Positions 10,118 through 17,379 of a stretch of DNA of 32,000 nt are shown piece by piece. This DNA comes from Vibrio alginolyticus NBRC 15630 = ATCC 17749. GTDB taxonomy: Bacteria > Pseudomonadota > Gammaproteobacteria > Enterobacterales > Vibrionaceae. The notes below the pieces were generated by a model, which was not told the origin of the DNA, did no database searches, and was given only the letters and a program-made list of their open reading frames with translations. The translations under genes and the position numbers were made by a program. The DNA lies in the NCBI RefSeq assembly GCF_000354175.2, contig NC_022349.1:3270001-3302000 (forward strand), written 5' to 3'. Positions within the stretch are counted from its first letter, which is position 1. Each line of letters begins with the position of its first letter.

Positions 10118-11089
10118 ATGAAAAAGATACTGGCTACCATGCTTAGCGTTGGTATGTGTACCTCGGCTTTTGCAAGTAGCGAGGGTTTTGATGAATACTT
10201 GAATAAGCTGCGTGCTGAAGCTCGTGATAAAGGTATCTCAGAGCAGGTCATTAGTGCTGCTTTTGCTAATGTTGAGTACAAGCCCCGAGCAGTCAAAGCC
10301 GACCGAAACCAACCAGAAAAGAAACTGACATTGGATGAGTACATTCCTCGCGCGGTGCCTGAATGGAAGGTGAAGCAAGCCAGACAACTCTACAAAGAGC
10401 ATTACACCGAGCTAAAGCGTATAGGCGATGAGTACGGTGTCCACCCGCGCTTTATTGTGGCACTTTGGGGAGTTGAAAGTAACTTTGGTAAGTTTACCGG
10501 CAACTTTAAAGTGATTGATGCACTATCCACAATGGCATTTGAAGGCCGTCGTGAAGAGTTTTTCCGTAAAGAGACTATGTCGGCACTTCAGATCCTCGAT
10601 CAAGGCCATATTGAGCTAGAGAATTTTAAAGGCTCATGGGCTGGTGCGATGGGTCAATGCCAGTTTATGCCAAGCTCTTTCCTTCGTTTTGCTGCTGACG
10701 GCAACGGTGATGGTAAAAAAGACATATGGCAATCTGAAGCGGACGTGTTTGCATCAACCGCTAACTATTTGAGCAAGTCTGGTTGGGATGATAAATATAC
10801 TTGGGGTCGCCAAGTTAAGGTTCCTAAAAATATTGATCGCAGCCTAGAAGGGCGCACGGCTGAAAAAGGCAAATACCTTCAAGAGTGGAGCCAATTAGGT
10901 ATCACAAAATATGACGGTAGCCCGTTGCCAAAACTGGATGAAGACATCAAAGCATGGTTGATCATGCCGGACGACGAGAATGGTCGTACGTATCTGGTTT
11001 ACAATAACTACAACGTATTGATGAAGTGGAACCGCTCTTACTACTTCGCACTTGCTGTGAGCCACTTGGCTGACCGCATTAAATACTGA
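10118..11089 (+). CDS. Lytic murein transglycosylase (MltB/Slt35-like, soluble periplasmic form)
   Basis: Start moved to ATG 10118 (RBS AAGGAGGG). The signal peptide is 'MKKILATMLSVGMCTSAFA'. The catalytic-Glu motif 'ALWGVESNFG' and 'GAMGQCQFMPSSF' are present. Confidence 0.85.
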   Translation: MKKILATMLSVGMCTSAFASSEGFDEYLNKLRAEARDKGISEQVISAAFANVEYKPRAVKADRNQPEKKLTLDEYIPRAVPEWKVKQARQLYKEHYTELKRIGDEYGVHPRFIVALWGVESNFGKFTGNFKVIDALSTMAFEGRREEFFRKETMSALQILDQGHIELENFKGSWAGAMGQCQFMPSSFLRFAADGNGDGKKDIWQSEADVFASTANYLSKSGWDDKYTWGRQVKVPKNIDRSLEGRTAEKGKYLQEWSQLGITKYDGSPLPKLDEDIKAWLIMPDDENGRTYLVYNNYNVLMKWNRSYYFALAVSHLADRIKY

Positions 11090-11125
11090 TCTGCCACAAA
11101 CAATTCGGCATCCAGTCTTCAATAC

Positions 11126-11154
11126 AAGGGCTCTTCGGAGCCCTTTGTTTTTTC
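11126..11154 (+). terminator. Rho-independent terminator after the transglycosylase gene
   Basis: Stem AAGGGCTC / GAGCCCTT (11126-11133 / 11138-11145), loop TTCG, followed by TGTTTTTT. Confidence 0.75.
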
Positions 11155-11176
11155 TATAACCAAATCGAGGTAAAGC

Positions 11177-12121
11177 GTGTTATCTGAACGTGCCGCACAA
11201 ATGGTGATTTTCTCCGCTCTTCTTAAACATAAAAGCTTCACAGCTGCTGCAAAGAGCTTAGGCGTGTCGGTGTCTCATGTGAGTAAACAGTTGAGTCAGT
11301 TAGAAGCGTCTCTTGGTATCAAGCTTGTTCAACGCACTACGCGAAGCTTTACGCCGACTGAGGCAGGGAAAACCTTTTTTCATCACTGTGAGCAAGTGGT
11401 ACAAGCGGTGAGCAGCGCCACATTAGAGATGGAAACCCAGCGGGATGAAGTAGCAGGTTTGGTACGTCTTGGGTTGTCACAATCATTTGGTACCTTACAC
11501 ATTATTCCAGCGATTCAAGAGTTACGCGAACTGTATCCTCAACTTCAAGTGGAAGTACATCTGTTTGACTATAAGGTCGATATGTTGGCCGAAGGGCTCG
11601 ATTTATGGGTAACCAACAACGAGCATTTGCCTGAAGGTTACATTGCGCAGCGTTTGACGGATTGCCAGTTTGTTGTTGCGGCATCGCCAGATTACTTATT
11701 GAAACATGACACGCCAACAGAACCGGATGACCTATCTGCTCACAACTGCCTCATATACAGAAGCTGGGAGCGTGACTATACGGGGTGGGCGTTTACCAAA
11801 GATCAGCAAGAATTGAATGTAAAAGTTTCGGGTAACTATTCAGTGGATCTGGCAGAAGCCGTTCGGGATGCGGCTATTGCAGGTTGGGGTATTGCCTACC
11901 TTGCCACTTACTTGCTGGGGGATGAGTTTAGAACGGGTAAGTTAATACAGCTGTTACCTGACTGGAAAGCCAGCCAGTCGATGCCGTTTTATGCGGTATA
12001 CCCAAGCCGCCAGCATATGCCAAAAAAAATATCCGCGGTGATTAACTTTATCAAACAGAAGATCGGCAACCCTTGTCATTGGGACCAACGTTTGGCGCCT
12101 TACATCTCTATTCCTAAGTAA
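11177..12121 (+). CDS. LysR-family transcriptional regulator
   Basis: 314-aa ORF with an N-terminal wHTH 'SFTAAAKSLGVSVSHVSKQLSQLEASLGIKLVQRTTR' and a LysR substrate-binding C-terminus. The start is GTG 11177 or ATG 11201. Confidence 0.85.
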   Translation: MLSERAAQMVIFSALLKHKSFTAAAKSLGVSVSHVSKQLSQLEASLGIKLVQRTTRSFTPTEAGKTFFHHCEQVVQAVSSATLEMETQRDEVAGLVRLGLSQSFGTLHIIPAIQELRELYPQLQVEVHLFDYKVDMLAEGLDLWVTNNEHLPEGYIAQRLTDCQFVVAASPDYLLKHDTPTEPDDLSAHNCLIYRSWERDYTGWAFTKDQQELNVKVSGNYSVDLAEAVRDAAIAGWGIAYLATYLLGDEFRTGKLIQLLPDWKASQSMPFYAVYPSRQHMPKKISAVINFIKQKIGNPCHWDQRLAPYISIPK

Positions 12122-12150
12122 CAGGATCAATGACGTTGTAGAACGACACA

Positions 12151-12172
12151 TAAAGTGATTCACTTCACAAAA
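12151..12172. promoter_or_regulatory. Candidate CRP (cAMP receptor protein) site upstream of the nucleoside transporter
   Basis: AGTGA-N6-TCACA (12154-12169) matches 9 of 10 core positions of TGTGA-N6-TCACA. An AAAAATTTTT tract lies directly next to it. Confidence 0.5.
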
Positions 12173-12196
12173 ATTTTTCCTGAACCAGAAACATAT

Positions 12197-12210
12197 TTTC
12201 CATATGGAAA
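12197..12210. promoter_or_regulatory. Perfect 14-bp palindrome TTTCCATATGGAAA (candidate operator)
   Basis: The palindrome is exact and lies 28 bp downstream of the CRP-like site in the 257-bp lysR-nupC spacer. The binding factor is unknown. Confidence 0.3.
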
Positions 12211-12220
12211 TAATTAAAAT

Positions 12221-12236
12221 AAGCAAACGTTTATCT
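12221..12236. promoter_or_regulatory. PurR/LacI-type box-like sequence upstream of the nucleoside transporter
   Basis: AAGCAAACGTTTATCT compared with the E. coli Pur box ACGCAAACGTTTNCNT. The GCAAACGTTT core is identical. Confidence 0.4.
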
Positions 12237-12378
12237 TCAATAAATTCAAGTGGTTATTTTATTGGTTAGTTATTGGTCGCTTAAACTTTTCACACTGTTA
12301 ACATCCTCAACTTGCAGCATTTTGAGTCCGCTATACAATCCGGTGCCTTCCATATCCCCCTTCTGTCGGATTCATTTT

Positions 12379-13578
12379 ATGAACTCAATTATTGGTATCG
12401 TAGCCATACTATTCCTAGCATGGCTACTTTCTACAAATAGAAAAAATATAAAGCTGAGAACGGTGTCGTTTGCGTTTGCTTTGCAGGTACTGTTTGCGTT
12501 GTTGGTTTTATATGTACCAGCAGGACGAGATGCGCTGAATTCAGTGAGCAGTGTTGTGTCGAATTTGATCAACTATGGTCAAGAGGGCATTGCGTTTTTA
12601 TTCGGTAATTTGGCGACAGGGGGCTTCACCTTTGCGATCAATGTTCTGGGTATCATCGTTTTCTTCTCCTCTCTTATCTCAGGTCTTTATCACATTGGTG
12701 TGATGCCAAAAATCATTAACTTTATCGGTGGTGGTATTCAAAAGCTGCTAGGTATCGGTCGTGCTGAGTCTTTGTCTGCTACGGCGAATATCTTTGTTGG
12801 CACCATTGAAGCACCATTAATGGTAAAGCCTTACCTAAAACACATGACTGACTCGCAGTTCTTTGCAGTTATGACAGGTGGTTTAGCGTCAGTTGCTGGC
12901 GGAACGTTGGTTGGTTACGCATCACTGGGTGTCGACCTCAATTATCTTATTGCTGCTGCATTTATGTCGGCACCTGCCGGCTTGTTGATGGCAAAAATTT
13001 TAATGCCAGAAGATACGGATAAAGCAGCAGATATCGACATTAGCCAAGTTGAAATTCCACGTGCAACTAACGTGGTTGAAGCATTAGCCGATGGTGCCAT
13101 GGCGGGTGTACGCATTGCTGTATCGGTCGGTGGTACGTTACTGGCGTTTATTAGTGTCATTGCAATGCTAAACGGCATGTTAGGCTGGATAGGTGATCTA
13201 ATTGGGACACCATTAAGTTTTGAGCTCATCCTAGGTTTTGTGTTTGCGCCAGTCGCTTGGTTGTTGGGTATACCATGGCAAGAAGCAACCACAGCAGGCT
13301 CGCTGATTGGTAACAAGATTGTGGTGAATGAGTTCGTCGCTTTCATCCAGCTTGCAGAAGTGAAGTCTCAACTTAGTGAACACTCACAAGCAATCGTGAC
13401 GTTTGCTTTGTGTGGCTTTGCAAATATCTCAAGCATGGCGATGCTGATTGGTGGGTTGGGCTCTTTGGTACCAGAAAAGCGTGCATTTGTTTCTAAGCAT
13501 GGTTTCCGTGCGATTATCGCTGGTGTCATGGCGAACTTAATGAGCGCTTCTATTGCGGGCGTGATTTTAAGTCTGTAA
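12379..13578 (+). CDS. nupC: NupC/NupG-family concentrative nucleoside transporter
   Basis: Start moved to ATG 12379 ('MNSIIGIVAILFLAWLLSTNRKNIKLRTV', typical of a NupC N-terminus). The protein is polytopic and hydrophobic, 399 aa. The 43-codon upstream in-frame extension in the ORF track is low-complexity leader sequence. Confidence 0.88.
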   Translation: MNSIIGIVAILFLAWLLSTNRKNIKLRTVSFAFALQVLFALLVLYVPAGRDALNSVSSVVSNLINYGQEGIAFLFGNLATGGFTFAINVLGIIVFFSSLISGLYHIGVMPKIINFIGGGIQKLLGIGRAESLSATANIFVGTIEAPLMVKPYLKHMTDSQFFAVMTGGLASVAGGTLVGYASLGVDLNYLIAAAFMSAPAGLLMAKILMPEDTDKAADIDISQVEIPRATNVVEALADGAMAGVRIAVSVGGTLLAFISVIAMLNGMLGWIGDLIGTPLSFELILGFVFAPVAWLLGIPWQEATTAGSLIGNKIVVNEFVAFIQLAEVKSQLSEHSQAIVTFALCGFANISSMAMLIGGLGSLVPEKRAFVSKHGFRAIIAGVMANLMSASIAGVILSL

Positions 13579-13602
13579 TTGAAATAGATATCAACAATTA
13601 GC

Positions 13603-13628
13603 AAAAAGGCTCCTCGCGGAGCCTTTTT
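13603..13628. terminator. Bidirectional terminator between convergent nupC and folD
   Basis: Stem AAAAAGGCTCC / GGAGCCTTTTT (13603-13613 / 13618-13628), loop TCGC. Confidence 0.85.
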
Positions 13629-13646
13629 CGTATCTGAAGTTTTACG

Positions 13647-14507
13647 TTATTTGTCTGTGTGGAACTGTTCGCAAGCGAGCATCGTGTTCTCAATTAAACT
13701 TGCGACGGTCATTGGGCCAACGCCACCAGGAACAGGAGTAATAAAGCTCGCACTTTCACGTGCTTTGTCGTATTCCACGTCGCCAACTAGTTTGCCTGAA
13801 TCAAGACGGTTAATACCGACATCGACCACCACTGCGCCTTTTTTAATCCATTCACCAGGGATGAAGTTAGGCTTACCAACCGCAACCACGACAACGTCAG
13901 CTTGACGCACATGACTCTCTAGGTCTTTGGTAAAACGGTGACATGTTGTTGTTGTGCAGCCCGCAAGCAGCAGCTCAAGTGTCATTGGACGACCAACAAT
14001 GTTTGATGCGCCAACCACAACCGCATGTTTACCACGCAGCTCAATGTTGTAACGGTCGAGTAGGGTAATGATGCCCTTTGGCGTGCAAGAGCGAAGCTTT
14101 GGAATACGCTGCGCAAGACGACCAACGTTGTAAGGATGGAAGCCATCCACGTCCTTCTCTGGGTGAATGCGCTCTAAAACATGTGTTGTGTCTATGCCCG
14201 CAGGAAGGGGTAATTGCACTAGAATGCCGTCAATTTCATCATCGTTGTTTAATTCATCAATCAGCGCTAGTAACTCTTCTTCTGAGCTAGACGCAGGAAG
14301 GTCAAAAGACTTAGAAACAAACCCAACTTCTTCACATGCGCGGCGTTTGCTACCGACATAAACCTGAGAAGCAGGATCTTCACCAACTAGAACCACTGCT
14401 AAACCAGGAGCACGTAGCCCAGCTTCAACACGTGCTTTAACACGTGCAGCCACTTCGGATCGAACAGTTTGGGAAATGAGAGTTCCGTCTATATTTTGAG
14501 CAGTCAT
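13647..14507 (-). CDS. folD: Bifunctional 5,10-methylene-THF dehydrogenase / methenyl-THF cyclohydrolase
   Basis: 286-aa ORF with '[29 protein letters not shown]', 'ILVQLPLP' and '[10 protein letters not shown]', which are canonical FolD motifs. Confidence 0.95.
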   Translation of the reverse strand: MTAQNIDGTLISQTVRSEVAARVKARVEAGLRAPGLAVVLVGEDPASQVYVGSKRRACEEVGFVSKSFDLPASSSEEELLALIDELNNDDEIDGILVQLPLPAGIDTTHVLERIHPEKDVDGFHPYNVGRLAQRIPKLRSCTPKGIITLLDRYNIELRGKHAVVVGASNIVGRPMTLELLLAGCTTTTCHRFTKDLESHVRQADVVVVAVGKPNFIPGEWIKKGAVVVDVGINRLDSGKLVGDVEYDKARESASFITPVPGGVGPMTVASLIENTMLACEQFHTDK

Positions 14508-14578
14508 GACTTTCCTTATAAATTAAGAAGGCAGATTATCTGCGGCGCATTGTCGCAGAATTTCTTATTAACATCCAT

Positions 14579-14594
14579 ACGCAAACGTTTGCTT
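14579..14594. promoter_or_regulatory. PurR box upstream of folD
   Basis: ACGCAAACGTTTGCTT fits every specified position of ACGCAAACGTTTNCNT. It lies 72 bp upstream of the folD ATG. Confidence 0.55.
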
Positions 14595-14668
14595 TGTGGT
14601 GTTTTTGAACATTAAGCGTTTTAATGGACTTTTTTTAGGCATTCAGATCAGAATGTTATGAAAACCCG

Positions 14669-14696
14669 TTGATTTACCCGTTTGAACTCGTATAAT
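14669..14696 (+). promoter_or_regulatory. Sigma70 promoter of the tRNA-Arg gene
   Basis: -35 TTGATT (14669-14674), 16-nt spacer, consensus -10 TATAAT (14691-14696), then a GC-rich discriminator (CCTGTCCC) 14 nt before the mature tRNA 5' end. Confidence 0.65.
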
Positions 14697-14710
14697 CCTG
14701 TCCCTGTAGC

Positions 14711-14787
14711 GCGCCCTTAGCTCAGCTGGATAGAGCACGTCCCTTCTAAGGATGTGGTCATTGGTTCGAATCCAATAGGGCGTGCCA
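14711..14787 (+). tRNA. argU: tRNA-Arg (anticodon UCU, reads AGA)
   Basis: 77-nt cloverleaf folded by hand. Acceptor GCGCCCT/AGGGCGT, D-arm GCTC-AGCTGGATA-GAGC, anticodon arm CGTCC-CTTCTAA-GGATG, variable loop TGGTC, T-arm ATTGG-TTCGAAT-CCAAT, discriminator G, encoded CCA. Closely resembles E. coli argU. Confidence 0.93.
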
Positions 14788-14798
14788 TTTATTCAAAA

Positions 14799-14839
14799 GC
14801 CTCGATAACTCTTTGAGTTGTCGGGGCTTTGTCGTTTTT
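14799..14839 (+). terminator. Rho-independent terminator of the tRNA-Arg gene
   Basis: 13-bp stem GCCTCGATAACTC / GAGTTGTCGGGGC (two G-U pairs), 3-nt loop, followed by TTTGTCGTTTTT. Confidence 0.65.
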
Positions 14840-14928
14840 AGGTTTTTGGCTGTAATTGCCACTCTATCTACAACTTTTGAATGGCATTCTAGCCATTGCA
14901 ATTTCTAGCAATCTGGATAGCCACCAAC

Positions 14929-14957
14929 AAAAAAGCGCTGGTTAACCAGCGCTTTTG
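14929..14957 (-). terminator. Rho-independent terminator of the ape operon
   Basis: Stem AAAAGCGCTGG / CCAGCGCTTTT (14931-14941 / 14946-14956), loop TTAA. On the minus strand it is followed by a T-run. It lies 15 nt after the apeR stop codon. Confidence 0.7.
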
Positions 14958-14972
14958 CATTTACTAAGGGCA

Positions 14973-16196
14973 TTACATCTTTTTAAAGATGATGGAGGTG
15001 TTGATGCCGCCAAAGGCGAAGTTGTTACTCATCAAATATTTCACGTCCAGCTCTCGGCCTTGTCCGGCGATGTAGTCTAAATCACCACATTGCTCGTCGA
15101 GGTTTTTTAGGTTGAGCGTTGGGTTGAACCAGCCTGTGTGCATCATTTCTAAACCTAGCCACGCTTCAATCGCGCCACAGGCGCCTAGTGTGTGGCCAAA
15201 GTAGCTCTTGAGTGAACTGATTGGCACTTTGCCCAGAGCATTCGCTGTTGCGTTGCTTTCCGCAATATCGCCGCGGTCGGTGGCAGTGCCGTGAGCAGAT
15301 ACATAGTCGATCTTCTCAGAAGGAATGCCCGCGTTTTGCAAAGCCATTTCCATACAGATTTGCATGGTTTCCATCTGTGGTTGAGTGACGTGTGCGGCAT
15401 CACAGTTGCTGGCAAAACCGATGATTTCTGCATAGATTTTCGCGCCACGAGCGACGGCGTGTTCGTACTCTTCCAGAACTAGCGTTCCCGCACCTTCACC
15501 AATCACCAAACCATCGCGATCGGAGTCATAAGGTCTTGGTGTGCTTTTCGGGTCTTCATTCTTCAGACTGGTGGCAAAAAGGGTATCGAAGACCGCGGAT
15601 TCCGTTGGGCACAATTCTTCAGCGCCACCAGCAACCATGACCGTTTGGTAGCCGTGCTTGATCGCTTCGTAGGCGTAGCCGATTGCTTGGCTGCCAGAGG
15701 TACATGCACTGCTGGTTGGGATCACTCGGCCTTTCAAACCGAAAAATAGACCAACGTTCACTGCCGTGGTATGCGGCATCATTTGCACGTAAGTCGTTGC
15801 GGTGATCGCTTTGGTGGTTTTCTCATTCAGCATGACACCAAATGCACCGATTGCATCAGTACTGCCTGTTGATGAGCCGTATGCGATACCCGTTTGACCA
15901 TTGGTGAGTACGTCGTTACCAATCAAACCTGCTTGGCTTAGTGCGTTTTCTGTTGCGACGGTCGCCAATTTGGAAACACGCCCCATGCCGCGTACTTGCT
16001 TGCGCTTGTAGTGCTTTGGCAGTTCAAAATCTAAAATTGGTGCCGCGAGCTTGGTGTTCAAACCATCATACTGTTCGTAAGAAGGCATGTATTGCGTCGC
16101 GTTCTGGCAGTCACGCAGTTTTGGTTCGACAGATTGCCAATCGTTACCAAACGCAGTCACGCCTGACATTCCGGTTACAACAACTCGACGGCTCAT
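14973..16196 (-). CDS. apeR: Beta-ketoacyl-ACP synthase (FabB/FabF-like), APE cluster
   Basis: 407-aa ORF with the Cys-His-His triad motifs 'SSACTSGS', 'SAHGTATDRGD' and 'FGHTLGACG'. It is the last gene of the operon. ATGA overlap with apeQ (16193-16196). Confidence 0.88.
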   Translation of the reverse strand: MSRRVVVTGMSGVTAFGNDWQSVEPKLRDCQNATQYMPSYEQYDGLNTKLAAPILDFELPKHYKRKQVRGMGRVSKLATVATENALSQAGLIGNDVLTNGQTGIAYGSSTGSTDAIGAFGVMLNEKTTKAITATTYVQMMPHTTAVNVGLFFGLKGRVIPTSSACTSGSQAIGYAYEAIKHGYQTVMVAGGAEELCPTESAVFDTLFATSLKNEDPKSTPRPYDSDRDGLVIGEGAGTLVLEEYEHAVARGAKIYAEIIGFASNCDAAHVTQPQMETMQICMEMALQNAGIPSEKIDYVSAHGTATDRGDIAESNATANALGKVPISSLKSYFGHTLGACGAIEAWLGLEMMHTGWFNPTLNLKNLDEQCGDLDYIAGQGRELDVKYLMSNNFAFGGINTSIIFKKM

Positions 16197-16918
16197 ACTA
16201 GGCCTCCGTTTACCGAAATGACTTGGCGAGTTACATAGCCTGCGATGTCAGACATAAGGTAACTGACTAAACCAGCAACTTCTTCTGGCTCTCCCATGCG
16301 GCGCAAAGGAATTTGTGGCATCGCATGTTCTTTCACGTGTTCGTCTACCATGCCTGTGTCGATAAGTCCTGGAGCAACGCAGTTGACGGTGATTTTGCGT
16401 TTTGCCAGTTCAAGCGCGAGTGATTTTGTTGCACCAATTACGCCCGCTTTCGCTGCGCTGTAGTTAGTTTGACCACGATTCCCCATTAGGCCAGAGACTG
16501 ATGCAAGCGTAACAATTCGGCCGCCTTTGCGCTTTTGCACCATTGGCATAACACAAGGGTGAAGAACGTTGTAGAAGCTGTCTAAGTTGGTATGAATCAC
16601 ACCATCCCATTCTTCTTCGGTCATCGCAGGGAAAGCGGTATCTTTTGTGATGCCAGCGTTGTTCACGACGCCATAGTAAGCGCCGTGTTCGGCGATATCG
16701 GCTTCTAGCTTCTCACGACAATCTGCACGATCACTGATGTCGAATTGGATAAGACGACAGCTACCACCATGTTGTTCGATGGTGTCTAGGGTATTTTGTG
16801 CGCCTTGTTGATCGCCCATGTAATGGACGATGATTTGGAAACCATCTTTGGCTAATTGAACGGCAATGGCTTTACCGATGCCTTTGCTGGCACCTGTAAC
16901 GAGGACTTGTCGGGTCAT
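16193..16918 (-). CDS. apeQ: 3-oxoacyl-ACP reductase (SDR), APE cluster
   Basis: Start moved to ATG 16918 (ATGA overlap with the apeP stop). 'VLVTGASKGIGKAIA' (TGxxxGIG), 'NNAG' and 'YSAAKAG' (YxxxK) are present. Confidence 0.88.
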   Translation of the reverse strand: MTRQVLVTGASKGIGKAIAVQLAKDGFQIIVHYMGDQQGAQNTLDTIEQHGGSCRLIQFDISDRADCREKLEADIAEHGAYYGVVNNAGITKDTAFPAMTEEEWDGVIHTNLDSFYNVLHPCVMPMVQKRKGGRIVTLASVSGLMGNRGQTNYSAAKAGVIGATKSLALELAKRKITVNCVAPGLIDTGMVDEHVKEHAMPQIPLRRMGEPEEVAGLVSYLMSDIAGYVTRQVISVNGGLV

Positions 16919-17379
16919 TGTTGACTCCTGATTTTCATTTCTTGTAATTTTTCTTCTGATGGAACGTAAACGTTCAATTGGCAAGTCGCTACAACAGTTC
17001 CTTGTAGCTCAATACGGGCTGAAAAAACCGCCATACCGTTATCTTCCATAACTTTTTCAGCATACACATCGAGCACCTGTCCGCGAGAAAACGTATCGCA
17101 TTCAGACGTGTATCGACGGCTACCAAGCAAAAAGCCAATCGGTGGCGCTTGTTCTTTCATTAATGCGTGGTAACCAGACCACGCCGCGACAGATTGCGCC
17201 ATAAACTCAATGCCAACGTAAGCTGGCACAGTTTGAGAGGCCGAGTCGAAGAACGGATTGTGTTCTGCGATATCAACCTGGCAGTGAATCGTATCTTGTT
17301 GAACATCCAAGGCACGATCGACCAAAATCATTGGTTTGTCGTGTGGCAAAAGTTGTTCGATGGGAGGAAGTTTAGTCAT
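16915..17379 (-). CDS. apeP: FabA/FabZ-like hotdog dehydratase, APE cluster
   Basis: Start moved to ATG 17379 (8-nt overlap with the apeO stop), giving 'MTKLPPIEQLLPHDKPMILVDRAL', the typical N-terminus of APE/FabZ-like dehydratases. The ORF-track extension would overlap apeO by 100 nt. Confidence 0.8.
   Translation of the reverse strand: MTKLPPIEQLLPHDKPMILVDRALDVQQDTIHCQVDIAEHNPFFDSASQTVPAYVGIEFMAQSVAAWSGYHALMKEQAPPIGFLLGSRRYTSECDTFSRGQVLDVYAEKVMEDNGMAVFSARIELQGTVVATCQLNVYVPSEEKLQEMKIRSQQ

Noticed and set aside
12250-12378. The 43-codon N-terminal extension of the nucleoside transporter from the ORF track (GTG 12250). Similar upstream extensions exist for slp (3296), rnd (6589), the transglycosylase (10100), apeQ (16984), apeP (17472), apeL (22149), apeK (22592), apeI (26211), apeH (27649), apeD (29507) and the lipoprotein (30225).
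   Set aside because: Internal starts give canonical family N-termini or signal peptides, have an RBS or stop/start coupling, and remove long overlaps with upstream genes or terminators.
14531-14559. Mutually exclusive short hairpins in the folD leader. GCAGA-TTA-TCTGC competes with TCTGCG-N9-CGCAGA for the central arm.
   Set aside because: The stems are only 5-6 bp, there is no associated leader peptide or U-tract, and the structure is compatible with chance. It is noted only because it sits between the PurR box and the folD SD.
14913-14920. The 8-mer CTGGATAG is shared between the tRNA D-arm (14726-14733) and the spacer before the ape terminator. This could be an att-site remnant.
   Set aside because: About one chance 8-mer match is expected in a 32-kb window on two strands. 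The match does not involve the tRNA 3' end, where att sites normally lie.
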